A DNA stretch of 64,000 nucleotides from a virus (IMGVR_UViG_3300010397_000007:5042-69041), one strand, 5' to 3'. Numbered from the stretch's first letter, positions 1-9,193 are shown. The notes: a model not told the origin generated them from the sequence alone. Made by a program: numbers and translations.

Positions 1-14
1 TGAGGCGACATTGG

Positions 15-743
15 GTGAAGGCAACAGACGTTGACGACAAGGCTATGTCTCAACTAGCCCTCATGAACGACTACGGTTGGAATGTCTACGCTGGCGTTAA
101 TCCGCGCCCTCATTCCTGCTCTGACGTCGCCGAGATTGTGGCGCTCCACGTTGACGTTGACGGGCTGCCGAAGAAGGCAGATGTGCCGGAGCCTACGCTC
201 ATCGTTAATAGTGGACATGGGCTGCATCTTTACTGGGAGCTAGGGAAGGCTGTCCCGCCAAGCGAGAGCATAGCAGATATCAATCGCGGCCTAGCACAGG
301 CTGTTGGTGGGGATCCGCATTGTTGCGATATCACACGCATCCTTAGGGTGCCAGGGATGACGAATCAAAAGGAGCCGAAGAGGGTAGTGACGATCGAGCT
401 TGAGAGTGAGAAGAGATGGCGGGTTGAGGAGTTTGAGGGGCTGGGGATGGCGATTGACGATAGGGCCTCCGGCCCGACCCCTCACAAAGAGATGAGGGGG
501 CTTATTTTCGCCGACGCTATTAAGCGTGACTCTTATTTGCGGAGGGCTTGGAACGGAGGCTTTGGTGACGCGGCTTCAGACTCCCGCCACATCGCAATCC
601 TCCGTCTCCATGCGCTCGGATTCGATCAAAGCGTAATTGAGGAGTTAGTCGGTAGTCATCGTTGGTACAACACGAAGACGAAGAGAGTTACGCCCCGCGA
701 GAAGGCAATCGCTGACGTGAGAAGGGTGCTGGCGAAGGCATGA
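15..743 (+). CDS. RepB-like (RSF1010 RepB'/AEP superfamily) DNA primase; N-terminus possibly incomplete at window edge
   Basis: Motifs VDVD, VNSGHGLHLYW and DITRILRVPG typical of RepB_primase domains, followed by a small helical C-terminal domain. Confidence 0.8.
   Translation: MKATDVDDKAMSQLALMNDYGWNVYAGVNPRPHSCSDVAEIVALHVDVDGLPKKADVPEPTLIVNSGHGLHLYWELGKAVPPSESIADINRGLAQAVGGDPHCCDITRILRVPGMTNQKEPKRVVTIELESEKRWRVEEFEGLGMAIDDRASGPTPHKEMRGLIFADAIKRDSYLRRAWNGGFGDAASDSRHIAILRLHALGFDQSVIEELVGSHRWYNTKTKRVTPREKAIADVRRVLAKA
463..489 (+). repeat. Hairpin-CTCACA element copy 1 (inside primase gene)
   Basis: GGGCC-TCC-GGCCC gaccc CTCACA AAG. Confidence 0.9.
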
Positions 744-1282
744 AAGCTAGAAGAAAATACGCAAGAATCGGCGAGAAGGTTAGGGTTATCGCCAACAAGG
801 ATTTCGAGCGCTGCGGCTATCCACTAACTACTCTCGATATTCAGAACAAGTATTCGAAAGAGATTGCGGAAATGGTTGACAAAATAGGAGCGGCTATCGG
901 GGTCGATATTTGGTCGGATCGAAGTCGCCTAGGAAACTGTCTGCATAAAGGCTTAGCTTCCTATTTCCTTAATAAAGATAAGTTCGGTGGCCCCGAACGT
1001 AAGATTTACGAGCGTGACCGAGCCGAGTATGAATTCAATATTGCCGGAAAAGAGGGCATTGTCACTGCTCGAAAGTTTGTGAAGACAGGCACCCGCATCC
1101 CCGGACATAGCTATACGAGTTACGAGGGAGAACGGGATTACGATCCGCCGTATTTGCACAATGAAAAGACACATTGCATTTACACGCTAGAGATTGTTGG
1201 TGGGCCGCTATTTCCGGTGAACGTCCCCGCCGAAAACACAAGCTTAGTTTCTCTGTGGGGTTTTGGGCCGGAGGCCCTATAG
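740..1282 (+). CDS. hypothetical protein
   Basis: 180-aa ORF with ATGA overlap to the primase stop. Confidence 0.75.
   Translation: MKARRKYARIGEKVRVIANKDFERCGYPLTTLDIQNKYSKEIAEMVDKIGAAIGVDIWSDRSRLGNCLHKGLASYFLNKDKFGGPERKIYERDRAEYEFNIAGKEGIVTARKFVKTGTRIPGHSYTSYEGERDYDPPYLHNEKTHCIYTLEIVGGPLFPVNVPAENTSLVSLWGFGPEAL
1251..1277 (-). repeat. Hairpin-CTCACA element copy 2 (CCCACA variant)
   Basis: Top strand CTC TGTGGG gtttt GGGCC-GGA-GGCCC. Confidence 0.85.
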
Positions 1283-1383
1283 CAAAACATGTGCGATTTT
1301 GTTCCGCTAATTCTAATTCTAGTTTTCTTTGCAATTATGTTTTTACTTCCTCGCCCTAAAGGTAAAAGTAAAGGGCCAGATTC

Positions 1384-2862
1384 TTGGAGCTTTTAGTGGC
1401 AACCGCAACCTTAGATCGTATCTGGAGCCCTTATCAAGAGGCCATCTTCTCGTGGGCTGAGAAGGGTCAAGGCTCAGCAGTTATCGAAGCCGCAGCCGGC
1501 GCTGCTAAGAGTACGACGATCATTGAGGTAGCAAAACGTTTGCCATCCGATGACTCAATCCTCTTCGTCGCGTTCAATAAGCGGATCGCTGACGACCTCA
1601 AACGCAAACTCCCTGCCTACATCTGCGCGATGACCCTTAACGCCCTCGGCTTCCGTGCATGGCGATCCCACGTTGGTAAGAACGTTGAGGTAGATAGTTA
1701 CAAGGTCACGGCTCTCATCAAGCAGATGTCGGACGATTCAAGCAGTGACTTCAGGAGTGGGGTTAAGAAGCTCGTTGACTTAGCAAAGCTGATGGGCATC
1801 GTACCCAATGGCATCGATGCGGCAGGTTTGGTGGACGATGATACCGAGACTTGGCGTTGGCTGATCGATGAGTATGATATCTTCTTCGGCCCTAACGAGA
1901 AGAAGGATTGGGCCATCGCTCTCGCCCGTCGTGTCCTCGCTGAGAATATTCGTCTCGGCTCACAAAAGATCGATTTCAACGATCAACTCTATCTCCCCGT
2001 CATCTTCGGCGCAGAGTTTACAAAGTATGATTGGGTCTTTGCGGACGAGGCCCAGGATATAAGCAACCTACAACTCGAAATGTTGCGACGCTCCCTGGCC
2101 AAGAATGGCCGTTTCGTTGGCGTTGGCGATTCCGCGCAGGCCATTTACGGCTGGCGTGGGGCGAGCAGAGATGCGATTCCTAATTTGGGCCGCACGTTCG
2201 ACGCTCAGAAGTTTCCTCTCTCCATTTCTTACCGTTGTCCCCGTTCGGTAGTGGCGCTGGCTAGGAAGTATAGCCAGAAGATTGAGCCTTGGGAGAAGGC
2301 AGCGGATGGAAAGGTTGAGGAGTTAGAAAGCTGGGTTCCTTCACTATTCGGCCCCACAGATGTCATCCTCTGCCGTAACAACGCTCCCCTCGTCGCTATG
2401 GCGTTCAAGCTCATTCGGGCAGGGAAGCCCTGCAAGGTCTTAGGGAGAGACATTGGGACAGGACTCGTTTCTCTGGTAAAGAGAATGCGGGCTATTTCCC
2501 TTGACGATTTGAAGGCCAAGCTTGACGCTCACGTTGACAGAGAACGTAAACGTTTAGTTGACGAACCTGAGAAGATAGTCTCCCTCTTAGATCGCGTCGA
2601 TACGATACGGATATTCGTATCGGAGATGCCGTGGGGAACTAGCGTGGAGCAGCTTTGTTCAAAGATCGAGGGGATGTTCGCAGAGGATGGTCAAGAGGGG
2701 ATGTTACTCCTTAGCACAATCCACAAAGGGAAAGGAATGGAGTGGCCGCGAGTCTTCATTCTCGATCAACATTTAATTGGAATGCGAGAGCCGGAGCCTA
2801 ACCTTTACTACGTTGCGGTAACGCGGGCCATGAAAGAGCTTTACTTTATCAACTCCAAATGA
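1384..2862 (+). CDS. UvrD/Rep-like superfamily 1 ATP-dependent helicase
   Basis: SF1 motifs: AAAGAAKST (I), VAFNK (Ia), DEAQD (II), VGDSAQAIYGWRGA (III), YRCP (IV), STIHKGKGMEW (V), YVAVTRA (VI). Start may be a few codons downstream. Confidence 0.9.
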   Translation: MELLVATATLDRIWSPYQEAIFSWAEKGQGSAVIEAAAGAAKSTTIIEVAKRLPSDDSILFVAFNKRIADDLKRKLPAYICAMTLNALGFRAWRSHVGKNVEVDSYKVTALIKQMSDDSSSDFRSGVKKLVDLAKLMGIVPNGIDAAGLVDDDTETWRWLIDEYDIFFGPNEKKDWAIALARRVLAENIRLGSQKIDFNDQLYLPVIFGAEFTKYDWVFADEAQDISNLQLEMLRRSLAKNGRFVGVGDSAQAIYGWRGASRDAIPNLGRTFDAQKFPLSISYRCPRSVVALARKYSQKIEPWEKAADGKVEELESWVPSLFGPTDVILCRNNAPLVAMAFKLIRAGKPCKVLGRDIGTGLVSLVKRMRAISLDDLKAKLDAHVDRERKRLVDEPEKIVSLLDRVDTIRIFVSEMPWGTSVEQLCSKIEGMFAEDGQEGMLLLSTIHKGKGMEWPRVFILDQHLIGMREPEPNLYYVAVTRAMKELYFINSK

Positions 2863-3108
2863 CTGCCCCTCTTCAACAGCGACGACGACGCCAAGGCTAT
2901 CGAGCAGCTTGAACGCATCGCTCCCTATTGGAGAGAGCATTTATGGGACGGAAAGGTTATCGATCACATCTACGACATGCTTGACCGGCAGACGATGAAG
3001 AAGTGTTCGATTGAGAACTGTATGAATCCTGCGAGGAGAAGGGGAGTGTTGCTTTGTCAGAGTCATACGAAGTCACTAAGGAGACGAAATGTTAGAGGCT
3101 CTAAATGA
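2863..3108 (+). CDS. unannotated ORF in frame with the helicase stop (CTG start or readthrough); C-terminal Cys/His motif
   Basis: Reads LPLFNSDDDAKAIEQLERIAPYW...KKCSIENCMNPARRRGVLLCQSH...RGSK* and fills the gap to the next gene. Confidence 0.5.
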   Translation: MPLFNSDDDAKAIEQLERIAPYWREHLWDGKVIDHIYDMLDRQTMKKCSIENCMNPARRRGVLLCQSHTKSLRRRNVRGSK

Positions 3109-3358
3109 CGACCAATTTGTAGAGCTATTCGCCAAGGAGATGAAGCGGAGACAGCATGTTGGCTTGATCTGCTGCATCATGGACACCCAATCCCTGTTCA
3201 TCGGCTGCTACCCGAAGGAGTGGAAGGACATGAATAACATGCCCCTTCACGAGCAACTAAACCTACTCGCTGCTTACACCTCGATTACGGAAGAGAAGCA
3301 GAGATATGTGATCGATGAAGTACCGAAATTTGAAATAACCCGAGGAGGAAAGAAGTGA
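3089..3358 (+). CDS. hypothetical protein
   Basis: Strong RBS (AAGGAG), operon continuity. Confidence 0.75.
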   Translation: MLEALNDDQFVELFAKEMKRRQHVGLICCIMDTQSLFIGCYPKEWKDMNNMPLHEQLNLLAAYTSITEEKQRYVIDEVPKFEITRGGKK

Positions 3359-3696
3359 AACAAATTGTCTTACTGTTAACCCTATCTACCTTGGCGTTCG
3401 CAGCCGATACGCCGAAGCCTGAAAACAAGCCCGAGCCTACGGGCTACGCCATCCCCACAGCCGACTCCCTTGCCATTCGCGAGGCCCAGGTTGCTTACCT
3501 CCGCGCCAAAAGTGACACGACTCAAGCGCAGGCGAACGAGCAAGCCGCGCTCCAACGTCTTGTGGCCCTAGCTGCCGACGCAATAAAGCATGCCGGCGCT
3601 GACCCTGAGAAGTTCCAACTGAATGAAGAGGGCGGGAAGTTTGTTATTAAGGCGATCCCTCTCCCAGAGGCTCCGAAGAAAGAGGAAAAGAAATGA
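3355..3696 (+). CDS. secreted hypothetical protein
   Basis: GGAGG RBS; signal peptide MKQIVLLLTLSTLAFA-A. Confidence 0.75.
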   Translation: MKQIVLLLTLSTLAFAADTPKPENKPEPTGYAIPTADSLAIREAQVAYLRAKSDTTQAQANEQAALQRLVALAADAIKHAGADPEKFQLNEEGGKFVIKAIPLPEAPKKEEKK

Positions 3697-3932
3697 AATT
3701 CAATATCTCCCGCGTCATCTCAAATACCAAGGGCGTAACCCTTCTCCCCGTCTCCGAGAATGGCATCTACGCTGACTATTACGAGACGAAGACGGAGAAC
3801 AATATGGGCATTGACACTACCCAGATCGAGTTCTACGTCCGCAACGAAACGGGATGGTTCTTCAAGGACATCGAAGAAGTCAAGATTGCAACAATGTTGC
3901 TAATCGGTGACTTTATCGTGGAGAGGGCATGA
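3693..3932 (+). CDS. hypothetical protein
   Basis: ATGA-coupled ORF. Confidence 0.7.
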   Translation: MKFNISRVISNTKGVTLLPVSENGIYADYYETKTENNMGIDTTQIEFYVRNETGWFFKDIEEVKIATMLLIGDFIVERA

Positions 3933-4171
3933 CCGCTCTCTCCGATTACAAGACTCACAACGGCACCTCGCTCCAAGCCCTTGCTGATTTCCTACTTGAG
4001 CAATGTGCTCAGGGGGGTTGTCGGGGGATATTTCTCATCGTCAAGCCTGAGGGTGGGGTATCGATCGTGACCAATGTGAAGGGGCAATTGCTCCCCGATG
4101 TGTTGGATGGGATGGCCCTAGAGATGAGGATGTCGTTGGCTACGGAGAAGAAGGCAGAGGAGCCCTCCTAA
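3929..4171 (+). CDS. hypothetical protein
   Basis: ATGA-coupled ORF. Confidence 0.7.
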   Translation: MTALSDYKTHNGTSLQALADFLLEQCAQGGCRGIFLIVKPEGGVSIVTNVKGQLLPDVLDGMALEMRMSLATEKKAEEPS

Positions 4172-4172
4172 C

Positions 4173-5297
4173 GTGCAAGGCCCAATCGCGCAAGCCCTCT
4201 CGGCTAGACTGGGCCAACCCTCTCAGCATCCCCTCGTCTCTCAGGGATTCAGCCCTAACATCGTTGAACCCTTTGGGAATAATAGCCTCGGCATAATGAT
4301 CGTCGGCGAAGCCCCAGGGGAACAGGAAGACGATAGCGGCCAACCTTTTGCCCCGTGGGCTCCAGCCGGCTCCGTCCTCGCTGCCGCAATCCGTAGAGCT
4401 GGTTGCCGTCGTGAGCAATTCGTAATCACCAACGTCGTCCCTGCTAGGCCTCCGAAGAACTGGCTAGAAGGCGCTCCTTGGGAGGCGGAGGCGATTAGCT
4501 GGGGCCTTGAGCATCTTGACGAGGCTGTGAGGGTGTATAAGCCTCGCGCCATAGTGGCGCTAGGTAGCATTGCGAGCCGGGTAACGACGGGATTAAGCGG
4601 CAGTAAGTTAGGCGTATCCCATCTCAGCGGCTACGCCATTCCATCCCCTCGATATAGCATCCCCGTCATCCCCTGCTTCCATCCATCCTTCCTCCGTCGT
4701 GGCGCGATGGCTCTGCTTGGAGTCATGGTTAATGCTCTAAGGAAAGCGAAGAAGGTCGCGGCGGGGCAGATTATATGCGTAGAGCCCCCGGTGGATAGCC
4801 CTCCTGAAGGCTACATCTTGCATCCTGACCCCAGCGTTGCTGAGTCATTTTTGCGTGACGCCAAAGAAGCAAAATATATTTCCTTCGATATTGAGACCCC
4901 TTATTCGACAGATGAGGAGAGCGCGGAAGAAGTAGAAGAAGAACATCGCATAAAGTCGATTCAGTTCTCTTTGGCGCAAAGCAGTGGAATATTTATGCCT
5001 TGGCGTGACGATTTCATTCCCATTGCGAAAGAAATCTTGGCATTACCGAGACCGAAACTTGGATGGAATATTTGGCATTTTGACAACCCAGTCCTTTATG
5101 AGCACAGTTGCAAAATCGCTGGCGAACAACACGACTTGATTTGGGCTTGGCATCACTTACAGCCCGATTTGCCGAGAGGGTTGCAGTTTGCTGCCGGCCA
5201 GTTGGGTTGGCCGTATCCATGGAAGCATCTTAGCGGCTCCGATCAGGAATTTTACGGAATTGTGGACGTGGAGGTACTCCAATGGATGGTTGCTTAA
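4173..5297 (+). CDS. DNA polymerase A N-terminal half: family-4 uracil-DNA-glycosylase-like domain plus 3'-5' exonuclease (SPO1-type architecture)
   Basis: IVGEAPG, ITNVV..RPP.N, IVALG, HPSF (UDG-F4); ExoI FDIET, ExoII GWNIWHFD, ExoIII YGIVD. Confidence 0.85.
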   Translation: MQGPIAQALSARLGQPSQHPLVSQGFSPNIVEPFGNNSLGIMIVGEAPGEQEDDSGQPFAPWAPAGSVLAAAIRRAGCRREQFVITNVVPARPPKNWLEGAPWEAEAISWGLEHLDEAVRVYKPRAIVALGSIASRVTTGLSGSKLGVSHLSGYAIPSPRYSIPVIPCFHPSFLRRGAMALLGVMVNALRKAKKVAAGQIICVEPPVDSPPEGYILHPDPSVAESFLRDAKEAKYISFDIETPYSTDEESAEEVEEEHRIKSIQFSLAQSSGIFMPWRDDFIPIAKEILALPRPKLGWNIWHFDNPVLYEHSCKIAGEQHDLIWAWHHLQPDLPRGLQFAAGQLGWPYPWKHLSGSDQEFYGIVDVEVLQWMVA

Positions 5298-5752
5298 TAC
5301 CTCTTGGCCGAAAAGGTTTTGCAATTGTTGATTCAGAAGATTACGAACGTGCTATGCAATACAGTTGGGTTATGGTTCCAAAACGTCGTCGCCTATACGC
5401 AAGAAGAGAATGGCGCATTGGAAATAGGCTGCGCCGTTACGAGTATCTACATAGTTTTATTATGCGTTCACGCGAGCAAATAGATCACCGAAATCTTGAC
5501 GGACTTGATTGTAGAAAAGCTAACCTGCGTTTTGCGACCGCGCAACAAAATGCGGCCAATAAGGAGCGGCGTCCCGGAGGTTCCAGTAAATACAAGGGAG
5601 TGTATTGGTCAAAGTCAATAAACCGTTGGGTTGCGCGACTAAGAACTAAGCACCTCTGTTCATCTACAAACGAAGAAGATGCGGCGAGAGCATACGACGA
5701 GGCAGCCCTAAAAATGTATGGGGAGTTTGCGAGGACAAATGGGTTTGTTTGA
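5282..5752 (+). CDS. HNH-AP2 homing endonuclease
   Basis: LHSFIM..IDHRNLDGLDCRKANLR (HNH); SKYKGVYW...AARAYD.AA (AP2). Confidence 0.9.
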   Translation: MDGCLIPLGRKGFAIVDSEDYERAMQYSWVMVPKRRRLYARREWRIGNRLRRYEYLHSFIMRSREQIDHRNLDGLDCRKANLRFATAQQNAANKERRPGGSSKYKGVYWSKSINRWVARLRTKHLCSSTNEEDAARAYDEAALKMYGEFARTNGFV

Positions 5753-7187
5753 GCGAATGCAAAAGGCCAACATTTATAGGGGCTATTTGCAACATGTGGT
5801 TAAATTAAATCCTGTGTTAGAGCGGGTTTCTGCTAGAGGCATGCCTGTAAATCAGGAAGGTTTTGATTCTGTTGTCGCCCGTCTCCGTGGTGATTACATG
5901 GCGGAGAAGGAGAAGATGCAAAGCCTCGTGCCTGACGAGATTAAAGCAAAGAAGGTTTACAAGAAGACCCCAAAGGCAAGGCTCGAAGAGTGTACACAAG
6001 TTGACGGAGTTTGGGTACGTACTCTACCTTGGACTCCTTCGAACAAGGGCCTCTGCGCTTACATTCGCCACCGTGGCCTCAAGGTTCCAAAGAACTTGAA
6101 GACCGAGAAGGACACGACGGCGGCGATCGAGATTGCCCGTCTCTCGCGAAAGACGAAGGATCCACTCTATGGAGCCGTGATTCAATACCGTAAGGCTCAA
6201 ACCGTCCTAACCAACCATGTAAAGAATTGGAAACCTGGGCCTGACCAACGAGTTCATACATCTTTCTATTTCGACCCTGCTACAGGCCAACTATCCTCTC
6301 GCCGTCCGAACGTTCAAAACGCCCCAAAGCACGACGATCCCGAGTTCGGAGGCTACGCCAAAGTTTTCCGTTCCATGATTAAGGCTCGTGAGGGGCATAC
6401 GATTCTTGAGTTCGACTTCAAGTCCTTCCACGCTCAGACTCTCGCTTTCGAGAGTGAAGACAAGGACTACCTCCGTCTCGCCAAGCTTGACATCCATTCC
6501 TTCCTCGCATCTCATCTCGTCCACGACCCGAAGGCCGGAGGCTGTCTCGCTTGGTCGGATGATGAGCTTCGAGAGTACCTAGCTTGGATCAAGAAGAATC
6601 ACAAGTTCGTCCGTGACTATAAGGCAAAGCGAGCCATTCTTGGCTACGGCTTTGGCATGGGCTATCGCAAGCTCTACGACATGAATCGTGAGTCCTTCGA
6701 CGGGCAGAAGGACGCCAAGAATACCCTCGACATGCTTGACTCTGTCTTTCCCGTGACGAAAAAATGGCGGGAGACGATACGGCATAAGGCTAACGATCAA
6801 GGTTACCTGATCTCCCGTCACGGGTACATTCGTTACTTCTGGGAAGTCTTCAGAGAGAGGAACGATGGCTGGACGCCAGGAGATGACAGCGAGGCCGCTG
6901 TAGCGTTCCTGCCGGCGAATGACGCCTTCGGGGAGATTAAGGATCGAATGCTTACGATCGCAGAGCGGGGACTCGACGAACGCTATGGCCTCATCAATAA
7001 CGTCCACGACTCCCTTTTGTTCGAATGCCCCGACCCTTTAGTCGAGGAGGCGGTTGGCACAATCAAGCCCCTCATGGAGAGCCGCTCGCAAGTCCTTATT
7101 TCTCCTAAGGTTGCACCGCTGGGTTTAAGCGTTGAAGTAGATGTCCAAGCAGGCCGTGACTGGGCCAGCCTGCGGGGAGTCGCGTAA
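5739..7187 (+). CDS. DNA polymerase A polymerase domain (C-terminal half, atypical motifs)
   Basis: TGQLSS..PNVQN, motif A DFKSFH, DIH, motif B KRAILGYGFGMG, motif C VHDS. ATG 5739 has a GAGGA RBS. Confidence 0.88.
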   Translation: MGLFERMQKANIYRGYLQHVVKLNPVLERVSARGMPVNQEGFDSVVARLRGDYMAEKEKMQSLVPDEIKAKKVYKKTPKARLEECTQVDGVWVRTLPWTPSNKGLCAYIRHRGLKVPKNLKTEKDTTAAIEIARLSRKTKDPLYGAVIQYRKAQTVLTNHVKNWKPGPDQRVHTSFYFDPATGQLSSRRPNVQNAPKHDDPEFGGYAKVFRSMIKAREGHTILEFDFKSFHAQTLAFESEDKDYLRLAKLDIHSFLASHLVHDPKAGGCLAWSDDELREYLAWIKKNHKFVRDYKAKRAILGYGFGMGYRKLYDMNRESFDGQKDAKNTLDMLDSVFPVTKKWRETIRHKANDQGYLISRHGYIRYFWEVFRERNDGWTPGDDSEAAVAFLPANDAFGEIKDRMLTIAERGLDERYGLINNVHDSLLFECPDPLVEEAVGTIKPLMESRSQVLISPKVAPLGLSVEVDVQAGRDWASLRGVA

Positions 7188-7326
7188 AATATATGTATGC
7201 CCTCTCCCTCAGACACGTACCCCCACGATATCCCTGCGGACTTCTTCGACCCTTTGAGGACGTTATACCATCCTCCAGACGAAGCGTGTTCGCCTGACGA
7301 AATTGAGACGAAAAGGAAGATTTATG

Positions 7327-7356
7327 TTGACAATAGTGTAACGCTTAGAGTACCTT
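7327..7356 (+). promoter_or_regulatory. sigma70-like promoter
   Basis: TTGACA-18 nt-TACCTT just upstream of ORF 7369. Confidence 0.45.
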
Positions 7357-7368
7357 TAGGTTAACTTA

Positions 7369-8430
7369 ATGGACAACAAATTGAAAGCGAATTTGACGAA
7401 GGCTGCGGCCACCAGCGCCATGCAAGAGATGGAAGACCGAGTAGCCCACTATAAAGCTAAGGCAGAATTGGCCGAAAGTATACTCGGCAAATTGCGAAAA
7501 GAGCGTGGTGGACTCCGCGAGATGATGTCCCAATTAACCTCCGCAGTGGCCGCCGCCGATCCTTGGGATCGCGTCAAATATTACCCAGGTGACCCTTCCC
7601 GTACGCCCGTGTCCGCCGTTGTCAAACTTTCCGATTGGCATATCGGGGAAGTCATTGAGAAGGGTGAGACGGAAGGTTTCGGAGAGTTCAATTGGGCGAT
7701 CGCACAGAAGCGAGTGTTCTTTATTGCCGAGAAGTTGATCGAGTGGACAAACATGCATCGTATTGCTGGGTTCCCGATTGACGAACTTGTAATCCTCTCG
7801 GAAGCCGACCTCGTCAGCGGGAATATCCATTACGAGCTTGAAGTCACAAATGAATTCCCGGTCACGGTGGCGACAGCGAACGCCGGCCTACTCCTCGCCG
7901 AATTCACCTCCCGCGTGGCGGGGCATTTTAAGCGCGTAGTGCTCTCTGAAATATCTGCTGATAACCATGGTCGCCTGACACGCAAGAATCAAGCCAAGCA
8001 GGGTGGCCTTAATAACTACTCCTTCCTCGCTCACACGATTGCAAATCAAAGTTTAGTGAAGCATGAGAATGTGAAGATCCTTGCCCATGAGGGAATTAAG
8101 GGACTCGTCTCAATTCAGAAGAAAATATTCCTGACTCAACATGGCCATGGGATCCTTAGCGCCTTGGGCATCCCATATTATGGGCTGGAAAGAGCCCGCG
8201 CCAGGGAAGCTGTCAAACGCTCCCGCACGGACAAAGAGTTCGATTACATCTCAACGGCGCACTATCACGTACCGGCCATTCTCAGCGAGAACATTTACAT
8301 GAATGGCTCGTTGTCAGGGACGACGGAGTTCGATCACATGCAGGGTCGTCACGCGAAGCCATCACAAGTGAGTTTCATGGTTCATCCGAAGCATGGGCCA
8401 TTCGATTTCACAGCTTGGAAACTTTCATAA
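7369..8430 (+). CDS. calcineurin-like metallophosphoesterase
   Basis: SDWHIGE, ADL, DNHGR, QHGHG and AHYH motifs; N-terminal coiled coil. Confidence 0.8.
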   Translation: MDNKLKANLTKAAATSAMQEMEDRVAHYKAKAELAESILGKLRKERGGLREMMSQLTSAVAAADPWDRVKYYPGDPSRTPVSAVVKLSDWHIGEVIEKGETEGFGEFNWAIAQKRVFFIAEKLIEWTNMHRIAGFPIDELVILSEADLVSGNIHYELEVTNEFPVTVATANAGLLLAEFTSRVAGHFKRVVLSEISADNHGRLTRKNQAKQGGLNNYSFLAHTIANQSLVKHENVKILAHEGIKGLVSIQKKIFLTQHGHGILSALGIPYYGLERARAREAVKRSRTDKEFDYISTAHYHVPAILSENIYMNGSLSGTTEFDHMQGRHAKPSQVSFMVHPKHGPFDFTAWKLS

Positions 8431-8541
8431 TGCTCCGTGACCAACTTCACATCCTTCGCGAACGCAAGCGCCTTGGTGAGAGCGATCGCAAGTTAGCAAC
8501 CTACTTCGGATGCTCGGTGGGGTTCATAAAGGAACTGCTCC

Positions 8542-8766
8542 TTGCAATCGAAAAGAGGTAGCGGGGCTGAAGCGTTAAGTAATGTCGTTATCGGTTGGAT
8601 CATAAATCTGATCGTTTTCAAATATATCCCACCGTTCCTAGGCTTCAGACTCTCAATGAAGCAGAACGTCGTGATGGGAGTTATTGGAACTGTTGTATCA
8701 CTGCTACGCAGCTACGCAATTAGACGTACCTTCAATCGCCATGAAAAAGATATTCGACAAAATTAA
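8542..8766 (+). CDS. small two-TM phage membrane protein
   Basis: MQSK..S..EA..NV.IG...VS..RSY.IRR.FN pattern common in phages. Confidence 0.7.
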   Translation: MQSKRGSGAEALSNVVIGWIINLIVFKYIPPFLGFRLSMKQNVVMGVIGTVVSLLRSYAIRRTFNRHEKDIRQN

Positions 8767-8965
8767 CGCAAGATTTGAAGCCCCGCCGATTGTCTCTGGC
8801 CCAAACGTTTTCAAGGTAGCGGAGTATGCCAAGAGTGTTGGGTTAAAGTACAGCGCTGCCCGCAATCGTCTCCACAAGCTTGTTCAACAAGGAATCCTTC
8901 GTAAGGTCAGAATCCCTGGCGAGTACGGCCCCCGCGAAGGCTACGAATACATCGCAAAGGACTGA
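8741..8965 (+). CDS. winged-HTH DNA-binding protein
   Basis: VAEYAKSVGLKYSAARNRLHKLVQQG; start at MKKIF. Confidence 0.6.
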   Translation: MKKIFDKINARFEAPPIVSGPNVFKVAEYAKSVGLKYSAARNRLHKLVQQGILRKVRIPGEYGPREGYEYIAKD

Positions 8966-8968
8966 CTA

Positions 8969-9193
8969 GTGGACGGACGCGGGGAGATATTTCTGTGGCG
9001 ATTGGTCGTGAGGCAAGCGCAAATAGATGCCCGAATTGGCGAAGGCCATCAACGCTATCTCGCTCGCCGTTGGCTTACGACTACTTCGCGTTCTTTCGTG
9101 GCAGTCTGCGCTTACGCTGGGCTTAACAGGGCGGAGACGGAAATCTTACAAGAGAAGATGAGGAAGAAATGGAACCCACACAAATCATCGTAG
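8969..9193 (+). CDS. hypothetical protein
   Basis: LWRLVVRQA..DA...A.RWL...F..VC.YAG pattern seen in phage small proteins. Confidence 0.65.
   Translation: MDGRGEIFLWRLVVRQAQIDARIGEGHQRYLARRWLTTTSRSFVAVCAYAGLNRAETEILQEKMRKKWNPHKSS

Noticed and set aside
2860-2865. Genome-wide TGA recoding
   Set aside because: Many genes end in TGA with ATGA coupling to the next gene, so the standard code fits.
3940-3959. CTCCG-N9-CTCACA match at the start of ORF 3929
   Set aside because: Spacing is right but only 2 bp of stem can form (CTCTC/GATTA) and the purine tail is missing. It is a chance or decayed copy and was not counted.
5297-5740. Group I intron in the DNA polymerase
   Set aside because: The interval is fully occupied by the HNH ORF, with no space or recognisable P7/catalytic core.
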